From positions 1 through 37,792 of IMG/VR virus record IMGVR_UViG_3300036046_000021: a DNA stretch of 37,792 bases. One strand, given 5' to 3'. A model generated the notes under the pieces. The model was not told the origin of the DNA. It saw only the letters and a program-made list of their open reading frames with translations, and searched no databases. The position numbers and the translations under genes were made by a program. Positions 8,196 to 17,598 of this stretch are shown one piece after another. The stretch is from a virus (Duplodnaviria; Caudoviricetes). How positions within the stretch are numbered: the first letter of the stretch is position 1; the number at the start of each line of letters is the position of its first letter.

Positions 8196-8221
8196 AAAAA
8201 AGCCCTGCCGGCGGCAGGACT
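8196..8221 (-). terminator. Intrinsic terminator of moron 8237..8773
   Basis: AGTCCTGCC-loop-GGCAGGGCT + TTTTT. Confidence 0.8.
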
Positions 8222-8236
8222 CTGATGTTTGATATG

Positions 8237-8773
8237 TTATTTTTGGAGCTCGGCAATTTGGGCATCTAGTTCTTTAAGCTGCTGCTGTAATTCGGCCAAA
8301 TCTGCTTTGCGTTGCTCATATTCAGCATTCCGAGCATCCAGCCAATTTTTATACTGTTGCTCCGATTCGGTACCTTTGTAATTTTCGTAGTACTGCTGGG
8401 CTGAGGGAAGATAGGTAGTCTCATACATCTTAACTCCACCCTCGGCTTCACTAATCTTTCTCACTATCACAGTGCGTTGAAAGTTCAGCTCATCAAGCTT
8501 ACCTTGATTGCTCGCAGAAACAGTAGTCGAATCTCCCATTGTTATCTTCTTCCCTTCAACCGTTAGGCTTGTTCCCGTTGCTTCAGCAACAGCACGAACA
8601 GGAGCATATGCTGATCCGTTAATGATCACAGCATCGGACACCTTCTGTCCACTCTTCTCTATGCTGAAAATACCCTGAACCTTCTGGCCAATTAGATTTG
8701 TCGATGCGGCAAATGCTGAAGCTCCGCCAAATAGAAGAGCACCAGCGATAAATCCAGAAATAAACTTTTTCAA
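8237..8773 (-). CDS. Secreted moron protein: signal peptide + Cu-amine-oxidase-N-like domain + coiled coil
   Basis: TTG 8773 (SD AAGGGAG): MKKFISGFIAGALLFGGASAFA signal peptide; AYAPVRAVAEATG motif; C-terminal heptads. Confidence 0.8.
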   Translation of the reverse strand: MKKFISGFIAGALLFGGASAFAASTNLIGQKVQGIFSIEKSGQKVSDAVIINGSAYAPVRAVAEATGTSLTVEGKKITMGDSTTVSASNQGKLDELNFQRTVIVRKISEAEGGVKMYETTYLPSAQQYYENYKGTESEQQYKNWLDARNAEYEQRKADLAELQQQLKELDAQIAELQK

Positions 8774-8807
8774 AGCAAACACTCCCTTGGTAATGATTTC
8801 TAATACT

Positions 8808-8837
8808 ATTATCGTCACAAAACGAAAATAGTTTCAA
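8808..8837 (-). promoter_or_regulatory. Putative sigmaA promoter of secreted moron
   Basis: TTGAAA-N18-GATAAT. Confidence 0.5.
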
Positions 8838-8838
8838 T

Positions 8839-10494
8839 TCATTCTGCAGGAATATTTACTTGTGAAAGGAGATAACCACCTTTGCTCCACAGTTTTAGAT
8901 TGCGGGTAGATGGATCAAAGGTCATATTAATTGCCAAGGCACTTAGTTCAGTTTCCAGCGAAACGCCAGTTTCTTCGCTTCTGAAATCACTCCATCTAGA
9001 AACATATGCACCATTATATCCACGAAGGAATATATTCATTGCCTCCATTGTAATATTACTATTTCCAAAAAGATATACTCCCGAATTTCCGTAAGATAGA
9101 GATGAGGTGCTCCCTCCGCCAACAATATTAACACCAACAGTTGCGCCTGGTCCTCCTGATGATGTCATTTCAACTCTACTAGATGGCGAAGCAGCTACAG
9201 TAAAGGTTTTATTGGTATTGCTCATTTCAGCATATGGATATACCCCAGACTCTCCCGTCCGGATCTGCGCGCCGGTGATGACCCCGCCAGCGATTTCCGA
9301 TGAAGTAATCTTCCCCTGAAAGTCACCGTCTACCGCCTTCATCTTCCCGGCCACGTTCACGCTGAACGGTGCGTCTGCAAAAACTTCATCGCCCAGCCAG
9401 ATTCCCCAATCACTGGCCCGGAATGCATTATCCCCGCTGCCGATCACAATTGTTCCGCCGATAAAAGAAGCAGCCCGTACAATGCCGGTGAACTCATATT
9501 CACCTTCAGACGGATCAAAAAAAATCGCGTCAGTATATGATCCCGTACCATTTCCCTTCTGCATGCGGAATTCATCAGCGTTGAATACCGAGCGAGCCAG
9601 TTTATCATACCGCTCGCTCTGGAATCCATATTCGGGGCCGAACCGATTACCGTAATACGATTTGTCCTTGACGATGGTTGTCTTCCGCAGGCTTACCACC
9701 GTATCTGCAATGCCGGTTATCTTATTGGATATGGACACCTTGCTGTTAATCCGGCGCCGTGGGCTGTAGGAATAGCTTACAATCCGCTGCTGTTCGCTGA
9801 TGCCCAGCTCCGGGTCATATATCATCACGGTATCGCCCAGCTCGAAGTATTCAAGGCCCGCAAACTCCGGCAGACTGTTCAGCTCAAGGATATCCATTTC
9901 ATAGCTCGTCACGCGCTCGCCGGACCGGACATCAACATCCTTGACGATGCCAACCAGATTTTTGCCTACCGAGAACATAACGCCCCGCGTAATCCCGCGC
10001 CGCTGCAGCAGCGATACTGTGTATCCATCAAACCGCAGCTCTCCGCCGGCCTGTGCTGCAATCTCCAAGACAATTGCCCGGGCACTGATATTCTCCTCGG
10101 CCAGATCCACTGAAATATAATCGGCCAGCTCGACGGTGCCGATCGTAAATCCGGTGCCATCAAGCGCCATGCCCAGCAACTGCTCCGGCGTTCCTGCATT
10201 TACAAATCCGTCTGCCCAGGTCGTGCGAATCAGATCATAGCTCACGTGCTCACATTCTACGGCGACCAGTATGCCGTCAGCTCCCCGTGTCCGGCGATGG
10301 TGAACGATATTAAATAGCCGGCCGTCAACGTCGGCAATATTTCCATCAACCAGGTATTCACTTTTGCCATCTTCGTCGATGATCGTCCCAAATGTGAATG
10401 TATAATTACTGTTGATCTCTTCTTTGATTTCGTCATTCATGTAATGCTCAATGACGGACAACGGCTGCAGTGATGGGTTTCGTATTGTTATCAA
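8839..10494 (-). CDS. Tal-like baseplate hub / prophage tail endopeptidase-family protein
   Basis: EEINSNYTFTF, VECEHVSYDL, GKNLVGI, ELGDTVMIYDPELGI..QRIVSY..SP motifs; TTG 10494 after GGAGG. Confidence 0.85.
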   Translation of the reverse strand: MITIRNPSLQPLSVIEHYMNDEIKEEINSNYTFTFGTIIDEDGKSEYLVDGNIADVDGRLFNIVHHRRTRGADGILVAVECEHVSYDLIRTTWADGFVNAGTPEQLLGMALDGTGFTIGTVELADYISVDLAEENISARAIVLEIAAQAGGELRFDGYTVSLLQRRGITRGVMFSVGKNLVGIVKDVDVRSGERVTSYEMDILELNSLPEFAGLEYFELGDTVMIYDPELGISEQQRIVSYSYSPRRRINSKVSISNKITGIADTVVSLRKTTIVKDKSYYGNRFGPEYGFQSERYDKLARSVFNADEFRMQKGNGTGSYTDAIFFDPSEGEYEFTGIVRAASFIGGTIVIGSGDNAFRASDWGIWLGDEVFADAPFSVNVAGKMKAVDGDFQGKITSSEIAGGVITGAQIRTGESGVYPYAEMSNTNKTFTVAASPSSRVEMTSSGGPGATVGVNIVGGGSTSSLSYGNSGVYLFGNSNITMEAMNIFLRGYNGAYVSRWSDFRSEETGVSLETELSALAINMTFDPSTRNLKLWSKGGYLLSQVNIPAE

Positions 10495-10514
10495 GGTAAC
10501 GCCTCCTTCCATGC

Positions 10515-10545
10515 AAAAGAGCCGCAGGATAGGTCCGGCAGCTCT
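10515..10545 (-). terminator. Intrinsic terminator after HEPN-like moron
   Basis: AGAGCTGC...GCGGCTCT + TTT. Confidence 0.65.
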
Positions 10546-10592
10546 CTCGAATTAATTATGTTAGTGCGCAGTATTCTCCTATAATACAAAAC

Positions 10593-11126
10593 CTAGTAAT
10601 TCACATCGTCGTGTATTTCAAGCATTTTCATTGCATTATTAGTAATAAAGACGTTATTTCGTGAAGCATCCATCCATTCTAACACTCCGTTGCAAATGTC
10701 TATGCAAAACAAATCAACCTGAAGCTGGAGAGTGTCGTCAAGCAAGTTAAGGTGGAATATGCCTGCCTCGGGAGGTTTCACGAACAAGAAATCGCTTAGT
10801 ACATCTTTAGACCTTTGCTGATCTATGTTTGAATCACCTTGATGTAAAAAAGAACACCTTAGAGCATATGCATCTTTGCCACTCAGAAATACGTAATTTT
10901 CTTTTTCTGGACCTATTGTTCGCATATAGTAACGCCCGACATATTTATCAAACCATCCGGGATACCTTACGGATGAATATACTTCGGGACTCTCTAGTCG
11001 AGAACATATATCAGGTAAGGTCAATCCTAATGCCAAAGCTGAGTACCAATTTTTTGTTTCTAGTGATAGCTTTAATGAATCCGTAAGGTTAATTATAGTG
11101 TCTTCAAATTTATTATTATCCACCAT
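10593..11126 (-). CDS. AT-rich moron, HEPN-like protein (RxxxxH)
   Basis: YALRCSFLHQG (R-X4-H); NWYSALALGLTLPDIC helix; own TATAAT (11149-11154) and terminator. Confidence 0.6.
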   Translation of the reverse strand: MVDNNKFEDTIINLTDSLKLSLETKNWYSALALGLTLPDICSRLESPEVYSSVRYPGWFDKYVGRYYMRTIGPEKENYVFLSGKDAYALRCSFLHQGDSNIDQQRSKDVLSDFLFVKPPEAGIFHLNLLDDTLQLQVDLFCIDICNGVLEWMDASRNNVFITNNAMKMLEIHDDVNY

Positions 11127-11183
11127 CTTATGCCCCCTTTTGATACTAATTATATTAATACATTTGAGGAGCTTTAGGTAATT

Positions 11184-11456
11184 TCAGACGTCAACAGCCT
11201 GTGAATATTCAAGGAGAGTTTTTAAGTACTCGTACCCCTGCTCCAAGAAATTAGCTGCACCATCGCTTACATCAGGCGAGAATGAAACCACTCGCTCCTC
11301 AAGCCATTGTTTGCCTTCATTGGCGGCATCAATAGAGGCGTAAAACCTTATGCGGAGCGATATTCCTAACTTGCCGCCACTCTGCTCGTCTATCCGCACG
11401 TAAGCATCTGATACAGAAATGCCGTGTACACTTTCGTAATCCATTTGTAGTGCCAT
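11184..11456 (-). CDS. Small tail-fibre/RBP-associated protein (chaperone-like)
   Basis: DAYVRID...NFLEQGYEYLKTL..Y..A.DV pattern typical of genes downstream of tail fibres. Confidence 0.6.
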   Translation of the reverse strand: MALQMDYESVHGISVSDAYVRIDEQSGGKLGISLRIRFYASIDAANEGKQWLEERVVSFSPDVSDGAANFLEQGYEYLKTLLEYSQAVDV

Positions 11457-11470
11457 CTAATAACCCTCCC

Positions 11471-13411
11471 TTATACAGTTGTTCCCGCGTGGTCAACCCA
11501 GTTTGTGCCGTTCCACCAGATAGGCTTATTTAATGTAGTGTCGAAATAACTTTGACCTACACCGATATAACTTGTCGCCGGCCTGTTTGCTGATGCCCCT
11601 GAGAAGAGAATAGCATTCCTTGCACGGCGGTACACCGTGGGAGATGCTATTGGTGTCAGGGAAGTAATGAGATTAATTTGAGGTGTAGAGTTCGGTATAC
11701 TCGAATTATGTGTACCGAAAACTTTACAATCAATCGCTGCCGTCACCTGACTGCTTCCAGATCCATTATTAAAAACCTTCAAACCAAAAACGATATCATT
11801 TCCGCTCTCAAACGGGATAACGATAGTATCAATTTCTTCTGTCAGCGAATCAAGAACAATAGAAACCGACCCGCTCACTGGCTTCTTTATGCGAAAGGTC
11901 GCTTTGGCTACATCTATAAATATAGGGATTGCGGACCCAAAGTAAGATGTAAGCACAGTCAGCTCCACAAAATATACCCGATTCCCAAAATCAGCTTTAG
12001 GAATACGCACTACTTCATAGGCAGTATTCTCAGCAAGGTTATCTATATAGAAGTTCTTGTGTGAGTACAAGTTATTCAGAACATAATTCCGGGTGTTGAC
12101 TATTTTAGAATTAGTTAGCCCGTTGTATATCTCGGGCCCGAGTTGCACTGTGTTCACATCGTAGAACCATGTAGGGAATCCGTATCCTCCTCGCGTATTT
12201 GGGAATCCCGAAATAACATTATTAGTATGCTCTGTACCAACAACATGGGCGAATACGGATTCATTGCCTGTTGTCCCTCCTGGCTCAGCTATTGCATTGG
12301 TAAACATATTCCCGTAGGTTTTACCATCAAAATAAAGGAAATATGCTCCACTGGACAATCCGCCTTGTATGACATTGGAAAACGAGTTCTCCAATGGATA
12401 CTTCCCGTCCGTCGCTTTAAGTTTTATAGAAGCTCCTTCCAAGTACTTACCTGTCCCAATATAAATGAATTGGATGTCTGTAATAATATTGCCGTTAGCA
12501 AATCCTTCTAACTGCATACCTATGTTTGCTTGACGGATTATTAGTGAGTCTATGTTGTGAAAATATGACGGCTTTGACGAAACCTCCGGGTTCGCCATAT
12601 ATAGGACGATGTTCGCGGATCCGGTTTCTGCGACACCTGCACCACTAAGATTTAATGTCGAGATCGCATCATAGTATATACCCCTAGCAACTGGGTCGCT
12701 CATATCGGCATATCCTAGTGAAACAACACCGCGCGGTGAAGGCCGTTGACTTGTGATTTGAGAGCTCCAGCGATTTGCTCCAGACAATTCTTGTCCATAT
12801 CCGCAAATCCAGACAACCGGATCACTATTCGATGCGCTCGCAGGCTTGAGTAACCTCGCGCCCTCAAGCAAATGCAGCCGCCCTTTTTGGTCTTTATTCA
12901 TAATTAAAGTCCCATGAATATGGAAATCACCTGCAGGGATTATGACATTATTGCAGTTGTTAATTATAGCCTGGATAACGCTGGTCTGATCTGAGCCATC
13001 TGGCTGCGCTGCCACTAATGGAGGAGGAGGAAACCGGACGTTAATCGCTATATCCGCCAACTGCGCACTAAACTGATGCTGCATATCACGGACCATATCA
13101 CCCGCAACGACAATTTCTCGGCCAGGAGTGTACCCCGGATCCGGTGTTTGAATGTCCGTCAGTTCGGGGTCTTTTCCCTCTCCACCACCGGCGATAATTG
13201 TACTGACCCGCTCATCTACAAAATCAACAGCCTGCTCAATATTCTCCGCTCCCACAACAGAGCCGCCATAGGTGATGTGTTCCGCTGCATGAGCCGCGGC
13301 CGAGTTTACGTGTCCCTCTACCTGATTATTGATGTTCGTGAAATTCTCATTGATCTTCGGGTTACTGACCTTCAGGCTCTCATTAATCGGTATGTTTTTA
13401 ATAGTCGCCAA
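11471..13411 (-). CDS. Receptor-binding/tail spike protein with beta-helix (pectate-lyase-like) domain
   Basis: N-terminal anchor, AQLAD junction, DGSDQTSVIQAII..VIIPAGDF beta-helix start, Asn/Gly/Ile-rich body, C-terminal RP..GQSYFDTTLNKPIWWNG. Confidence 0.75.
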   Translation of the reverse strand: MATIKNIPINESLKVSNPKINENFTNINNQVEGHVNSAAAHAAEHITYGGSVVGAENIEQAVDFVDERVSTIIAGGGEGKDPELTDIQTPDPGYTPGREIVVAGDMVRDMQHQFSAQLADIAINVRFPPPPLVAAQPDGSDQTSVIQAIINNCNNVIIPAGDFHIHGTLIMNKDQKGRLHLLEGARLLKPASASNSDPVVWICGYGQELSGANRWSSQITSQRPSPRGVVSLGYADMSDPVARGIYYDAISTLNLSGAGVAETGSANIVLYMANPEVSSKPSYFHNIDSLIIRQANIGMQLEGFANGNIITDIQFIYIGTGKYLEGASIKLKATDGKYPLENSFSNVIQGGLSSGAYFLYFDGKTYGNMFTNAIAEPGGTTGNESVFAHVVGTEHTNNVISGFPNTRGGYGFPTWFYDVNTVQLGPEIYNGLTNSKIVNTRNYVLNNLYSHKNFYIDNLAENTAYEVVRIPKADFGNRVYFVELTVLTSYFGSAIPIFIDVAKATFRIKKPVSGSVSIVLDSLTEEIDTIVIPFESGNDIVFGLKVFNNGSGSSQVTAAIDCKVFGTHNSSIPNSTPQINLITSLTPIASPTVYRRARNAILFSGASANRPATSYIGVGQSYFDTTLNKPIWWNGTNWVDHAGTTV

Positions 13412-13425
13412 TGCACGAGCCTCCT

Positions 13426-14238
13426 TTACGATGCATATTTGAAATTAAAAATAACGTCCATGGAGATGTTAATTCCGCTCCCGCCAACGATGATACTGGA
13501 CACTCCCGGCGGCAGTTTACTGAATAACCAAGCATTTGTATTGAGCATCAAGCTTGTCGTTCCAGACCTCACCAGTTTCCGCTTAAAGTCCACTTCCAGT
13601 GTCCCGCTAAACGGTGTGTAGTACTCAAACGTACCGCCGCCAAACGTCAAGGAGAGAGACGAGAAAGCGCCTGTAATGCGGATGATCGGCTCAGCGTTCA
13701 GGTGTCCGATGTTGTTTACCTCTGCTGCGCCGCTGCCGGTTAATGTGAAACTGAATCCATCACTCCACCTCAGGTCACCCCACGGCAGGGGCGTGTCCCA
13801 TGTAACGAGGTCATATGTGGAGTCAACACTGTAGGCATAGGGATCATATGCAACAAACGGTAGTGTGAACGTGCCCAGGCCGGCAAGCCGGTCGATCTGC
13901 AAGTCTCCGGAGTAACGAACCGAATACTGCTTGCTCGGATCCATCGCAAACACGATAGGCATTGTACGCGGGCACCCGTCGTCATCCAGCAGGAACGCGG
14001 CCAAATTAGATACCCGCTGCTGCAGCTCCAAATAGTCCCGGGCTATAAACGCACACTCAAGCGAGAACGGCTTCGGCCCCAGCGTAGCCCCGAAATCATA
14101 AGCACCGGGCATATACGGTATTGCTGTTGTCATATCCACTGTAGGGGACAGAATAGGGCGCTGGGTGCGCCTGAACACGCCCATGCCGAGCTCTGCCGGT
14201 GTTACCCCATCCAGTGTAAGGACGGCATCAGAAGCCAT
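13426..14238 (-). CDS. Distal tail protein (Dit)
   Basis: IPYMPGAYDFG, FTLPFVAYDPYAYS, NIG...EPIIRI motifs; follows TMP. Confidence 0.88.
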   Translation of the reverse strand: MASDAVLTLDGVTPAELGMGVFRRTQRPILSPTVDMTTAIPYMPGAYDFGATLGPKPFSLECAFIARDYLELQQRVSNLAAFLLDDDGCPRTMPIVFAMDPSKQYSVRYSGDLQIDRLAGLGTFTLPFVAYDPYAYSVDSTYDLVTWDTPLPWGDLRWSDGFSFTLTGSGAAEVNNIGHLNAEPIIRITGAFSSLSLTFGGGTFEYYTPFSGTLEVDFKRKLVRSGTTSLMLNTNAWLFSKLPPGVSSIIVGGSGINISMDVIFNFKYAS

Positions 14239-14242
14239 GCCA

Positions 14243-17011
14243 TCAGCCTCCTATCCCCCTGAATTTTTGTGTAACCATGTTTGCAAACTGTTGGGCCAGC
14301 AAAGCCCCATCATTATCGTTACGGATAACGAAATTGCCGCCCCGCAGCATATCGGCAAAATTAAGAACGATACTTGGCGCGGCTGGTGCGCTTGCTGAAC
14401 TGCTGCCGGCCGTTGCCGCCGCTACCATGCCGCTCGCATCAATCGCCATAGCACCGGCCACAGCAGACGATACAGCAGCTGCGGAATTAATGGCCTGGCG
14501 CGCTGTATTGGACATGCCGTTTGCCAGACCCTGCACGATGTTGGCGCCGTACCACAGCATGAGCCTGGATGGAGAGTGGATGTCAAAGAAATCCTTGACA
14601 CTATCACCAATACCGCTGGCAATGTTCTTTGCCGTATTTACAACCTTCGCTTTCATAGACTCTAGGCCATTCAGCAGCCCCTGAATGATATTCGCTCCGA
14701 TTTCCTTCAAGTCAATGGATTTTAAAAACTCCACTGCGCTGTTCCAGAGGCTTTTTATCGTATCAAGGACGCTCTGCATCTTGTTCCGAACGGAATCGAC
14801 GATGCTTGTGAACTTCTCGGCAACCGTATTGTAGCTGTCACCCAAGATCGTTCTGAAGAATTCCTTGATATTGTTCAGGATATTGTTAACCAGCGTCTTT
14901 GCGGCTTCCATTTGCTTGCCGATGGCATTCTTCATGCCTTCGAAGTCGCCGCTTACCAGCGCCTTCAGGAAGGATAGCCCGTTTTCGAAGGTGCTCTTAA
15001 AAAAGTCAATGGCTGCGGATATATTCTTTTTGGCCATCTCCAGATATGCCTTCATCGTATCAACAATGGCGCTCCAGGCCTTCTTACAAAAAGCGACAAT
15101 CTCGTCCCAGTTTTTATACAGCAGGACCCCGATGGCGATTAAAGCAGCGATCGCAGCCACGATCAGCGTAATGGGCAATATAGCTCCACTCAATGCAACC
15201 CCAAACCCTCCCGTCACCCCCGTCAGCGCCACGATTAAAGGCGTAAGGGCAATAACGGCAGTAATGATGATTCCTAAGGTAGTACCGATAGCCAACAGCG
15301 TAGAGGCTAATGCAGGATTCTCGCTCGCCCAAGACGCTATCTTGCCGATCAGCTCGGCGATAGAAGTCAGCAACGGGGCCAGCGCGGTGTTCATGTCGGC
15401 AATGGCCTGCTGCATTTGCACAGCCGGATCAGAGTTCAGGGATTCCATTTGATTGTTCAGTAGCGCGGCATTCTCCTCCGTCTTATCCATCGCAGATCCA
15501 ACGCCCTGGAACACACTAATCATGTTTTGCCCCTGGTCTTCCCACTTGGTGCCGAATACCTTCGTCGCGATCTCATTTTTCAAGGCTTCATTTTCAATGG
15601 TATCGAGCCAAGTCACCATATCCGACAACGCCTTTGAGCCTTGATCGCCGCCGGCCGCAACCGCCTTACCCCAATCTTGAAATGTTTTTTGAGACATTCC
15701 AGCTTGGTCTAACAAAGGAGCAAGGGCTGATGGAATCTCTTGCCCGAAGGTTGCCATCTGAATGCGGACTTCTTTAACACCATCATTCAGGTTGTCGATA
15801 TTCCATGTTTTCGTATCAATTCCAGCTTCAAATATGGACTGGATCTCCTTGGCGCTAAAGCCGGCATCGCTCATCTGCTTGCCATACTCCGCAATCGTGT
15901 CCAGTTGCTCCGGAGGGAAACCGGCCTTCAACAGGGCATTTGTCAGCGCGAGCGCGTCCTCATTTGACACTTCGAGCGCTGCCGCGACCTCATTTGTCTC
16001 CTGAATTAACTCTATGAAATCTATGCCCTGATACGCTGCGGCAATCCCGGCTGCCTGTTTCACTATTGAAGCATTCGCGTCATCGGAGGCCGTCTTATTG
16101 AGTGCCCACTGCCTCCGGACGCCCTCCAGCGCTTCCTGACCATCCAAGCCGTAAGCCTCTATACCTCGAACAGCCGCATAAACGGATTGTTTCGACTCCT
16201 CTGGAACATCAAACGATACTTCGATCTTGGTCATAAGGCTTGAAGCGTCGAGAGCTTTAGAGACAACCGCGCCAATGCCGGCCCCTGCAGCCAAGCCGCT
16301 GACCACGGACGTCAGATTCGACCCGAATTCATTAACCTCATTGCCGGCCGACCTCGCTTCATCCGCTACCTCCGATAGTTCCCTTCTGATATTGTTCAGG
16401 GAGTTCCCAGAGTCCGCGCTTCTGAGTGCATTAGTCATCCTGCCCATATCGGCATCAGCGCCAAGCGCCGCCCTGCCGACCTCATTGATTGCCCGCTCCA
16501 TCTGCTGCAGGGATGCTCTGCCTGATCTAATGGCATTGGTCAGGCCTGGGCCGAGTCTATCGGCGTACTGATCAATATTCGTTCCTGTCGCGTCAAAGAG
16601 CGTCTGCAGCTGCCTTGTGGCGCTCTCCAGGCTCTGCTGATCTGCTTGTACCCGCTGCAGCTTGCCTTGCAGCCCATCAAGTGCCGATTCTGTTGAAATC
16701 AACTCTCGCTGAAATGCGCGGTACTGTTCGGGCGAAATGGCTCCGCTCTGGAATTGCCGCTCGACTTGCGACTGCGCTTGCCTCAATGTATCCAGTTTTT
16801 TTGCTGTAGCTTCAATCTGCTTTCCAAGAAGCTCCTGCTGCTGGGCAACCAACTCAGCGTTGCCCGGGTTAAACTTCAGCGCATTTTCGACGTTTTTGAG
16901 TTCAGCCGCAATACTGAACGCTTCTTTCTCTACACCCTTCAGCGCTCTGTCTAACGGCCCCGTATCGCCATTCAGCTCGATTGTAATGCCTTTAATTCTC
17001 TTATCCGCCAT
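14243..17011 (-). CDS. Tape measure protein
   Basis: 922 aa; MADKRIKGITIELNGDT start, Ala-rich helices, hydrophobic segment, FFDIHSPSR near C-terminus. Confidence 0.95.
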   Translation of the reverse strand: MADKRIKGITIELNGDTGPLDRALKGVEKEAFSIAAELKNVENALKFNPGNAELVAQQQELLGKQIEATAKKLDTLRQAQSQVERQFQSGAISPEQYRAFQRELISTESALDGLQGKLQRVQADQQSLESATRQLQTLFDATGTNIDQYADRLGPGLTNAIRSGRASLQQMERAINEVGRAALGADADMGRMTNALRSADSGNSLNNIRRELSEVADEARSAGNEVNEFGSNLTSVVSGLAAGAGIGAVVSKALDASSLMTKIEVSFDVPEESKQSVYAAVRGIEAYGLDGQEALEGVRRQWALNKTASDDANASIVKQAAGIAAAYQGIDFIELIQETNEVAAALEVSNEDALALTNALLKAGFPPEQLDTIAEYGKQMSDAGFSAKEIQSIFEAGIDTKTWNIDNLNDGVKEVRIQMATFGQEIPSALAPLLDQAGMSQKTFQDWGKAVAAGGDQGSKALSDMVTWLDTIENEALKNEIATKVFGTKWEDQGQNMISVFQGVGSAMDKTEENAALLNNQMESLNSDPAVQMQQAIADMNTALAPLLTSIAELIGKIASWASENPALASTLLAIGTTLGIIITAVIALTPLIVALTGVTGGFGVALSGAILPITLIVAAIAALIAIGVLLYKNWDEIVAFCKKAWSAIVDTMKAYLEMAKKNISAAIDFFKSTFENGLSFLKALVSGDFEGMKNAIGKQMEAAKTLVNNILNNIKEFFRTILGDSYNTVAEKFTSIVDSVRNKMQSVLDTIKSLWNSAVEFLKSIDLKEIGANIIQGLLNGLESMKAKVVNTAKNIASGIGDSVKDFFDIHSPSRLMLWYGANIVQGLANGMSNTARQAINSAAAVSSAVAGAMAIDASGMVAAATAGSSSASAPAAPSIVLNFADMLRGGNFVIRNDNDGALLAQQFANMVTQKFRGIGG

Positions 17012-17028
17012 ATTTACACCCCCATCCG

Positions 17029-17241
17029 TTAGAAGCTATCAAAATCGGTCTGAGTGGCCTTACGAGACTTTTTCTTTTTAGGATTGTGCAGGTCCATATA
17101 TTCCTGTACAAAGTCTAGACTTGACCCAATCGTCATAGACTCCAGCTCATCCACACTTAGACCGCAGTGTTTACACAACAAAAGGTACGTCTCGGTGGAT
17201 ATGGCTTCCCCGGACGCACCCTGTTGGTCTACTTTTTTTTT
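17029..17241 (-). CDS. Tail assembly chaperone GT extension via -1 frameshift
   Basis: Slippery A AAA AAG before TAG; -1 frame reads VDQQGAS...LSVDELESMTIG...KATQTDFDSF*. Confidence 0.85.
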   Translation of the reverse strand, partial: KKKVDQQGASGEAISTETYLLLCKHCGLSVDELESMTIGSSLDFVQEYMDLHNPKKKKSRKATQTDFDSF

Positions 17242-17585
17242 GATGACTGGAGGCTGCGTGTAATCATGTCCTGCAGCTCCGGCAGAATTTCGATGAGTGG
17301 GAACTCATCAAATGTGTCCAGCCACTCAAGGGGCGGCGGGATGTCTTTATCGGCAGTCTTAGCAAATATCCATGCCACATTGTAGAACATTTCAATGTTG
17401 ATCTTGGTAACATCGGCGACATCGACTACGATCTCACCTTTATCGTCTTTCTTGAATCCACCTTCAACGACATTCATCAGGTCACGAAAGAAGGAACGCC
17501 CGAATTGCGCCTGATACCGCAACGGCGTTGCTCCTGTTGACTTAAACCGAATCTGTCTACCGTCGATTGGTATTGTCTTTTCCAC
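17229..17585 (-). CDS. Tail assembly chaperone (gpG-like)
   Basis: Between MTP and TMP; FKSTGATPLRY..QFG, EWLDTFDEFP; ends SKKK on slippery site. Confidence 0.88.
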   Translation of the reverse strand: MEKTIPIDGRQIRFKSTGATPLRYQAQFGRSFFRDLMNVVEGGFKKDDKGEIVVDVADVTKINIEMFYNVAWIFAKTADKDIPPPLEWLDTFDEFPLIEILPELQDMITRSLQSSKKK

Positions 17586-17598
17586 GTTATTTCACCCC

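Noticed and set aside
8839-13411. Diversity-generating retroelement or invertible shufflon acting on tail genes
   Set aside because: No reverse transcriptase, no second recombinase, and no TR/VR pair or inverted repeats seen
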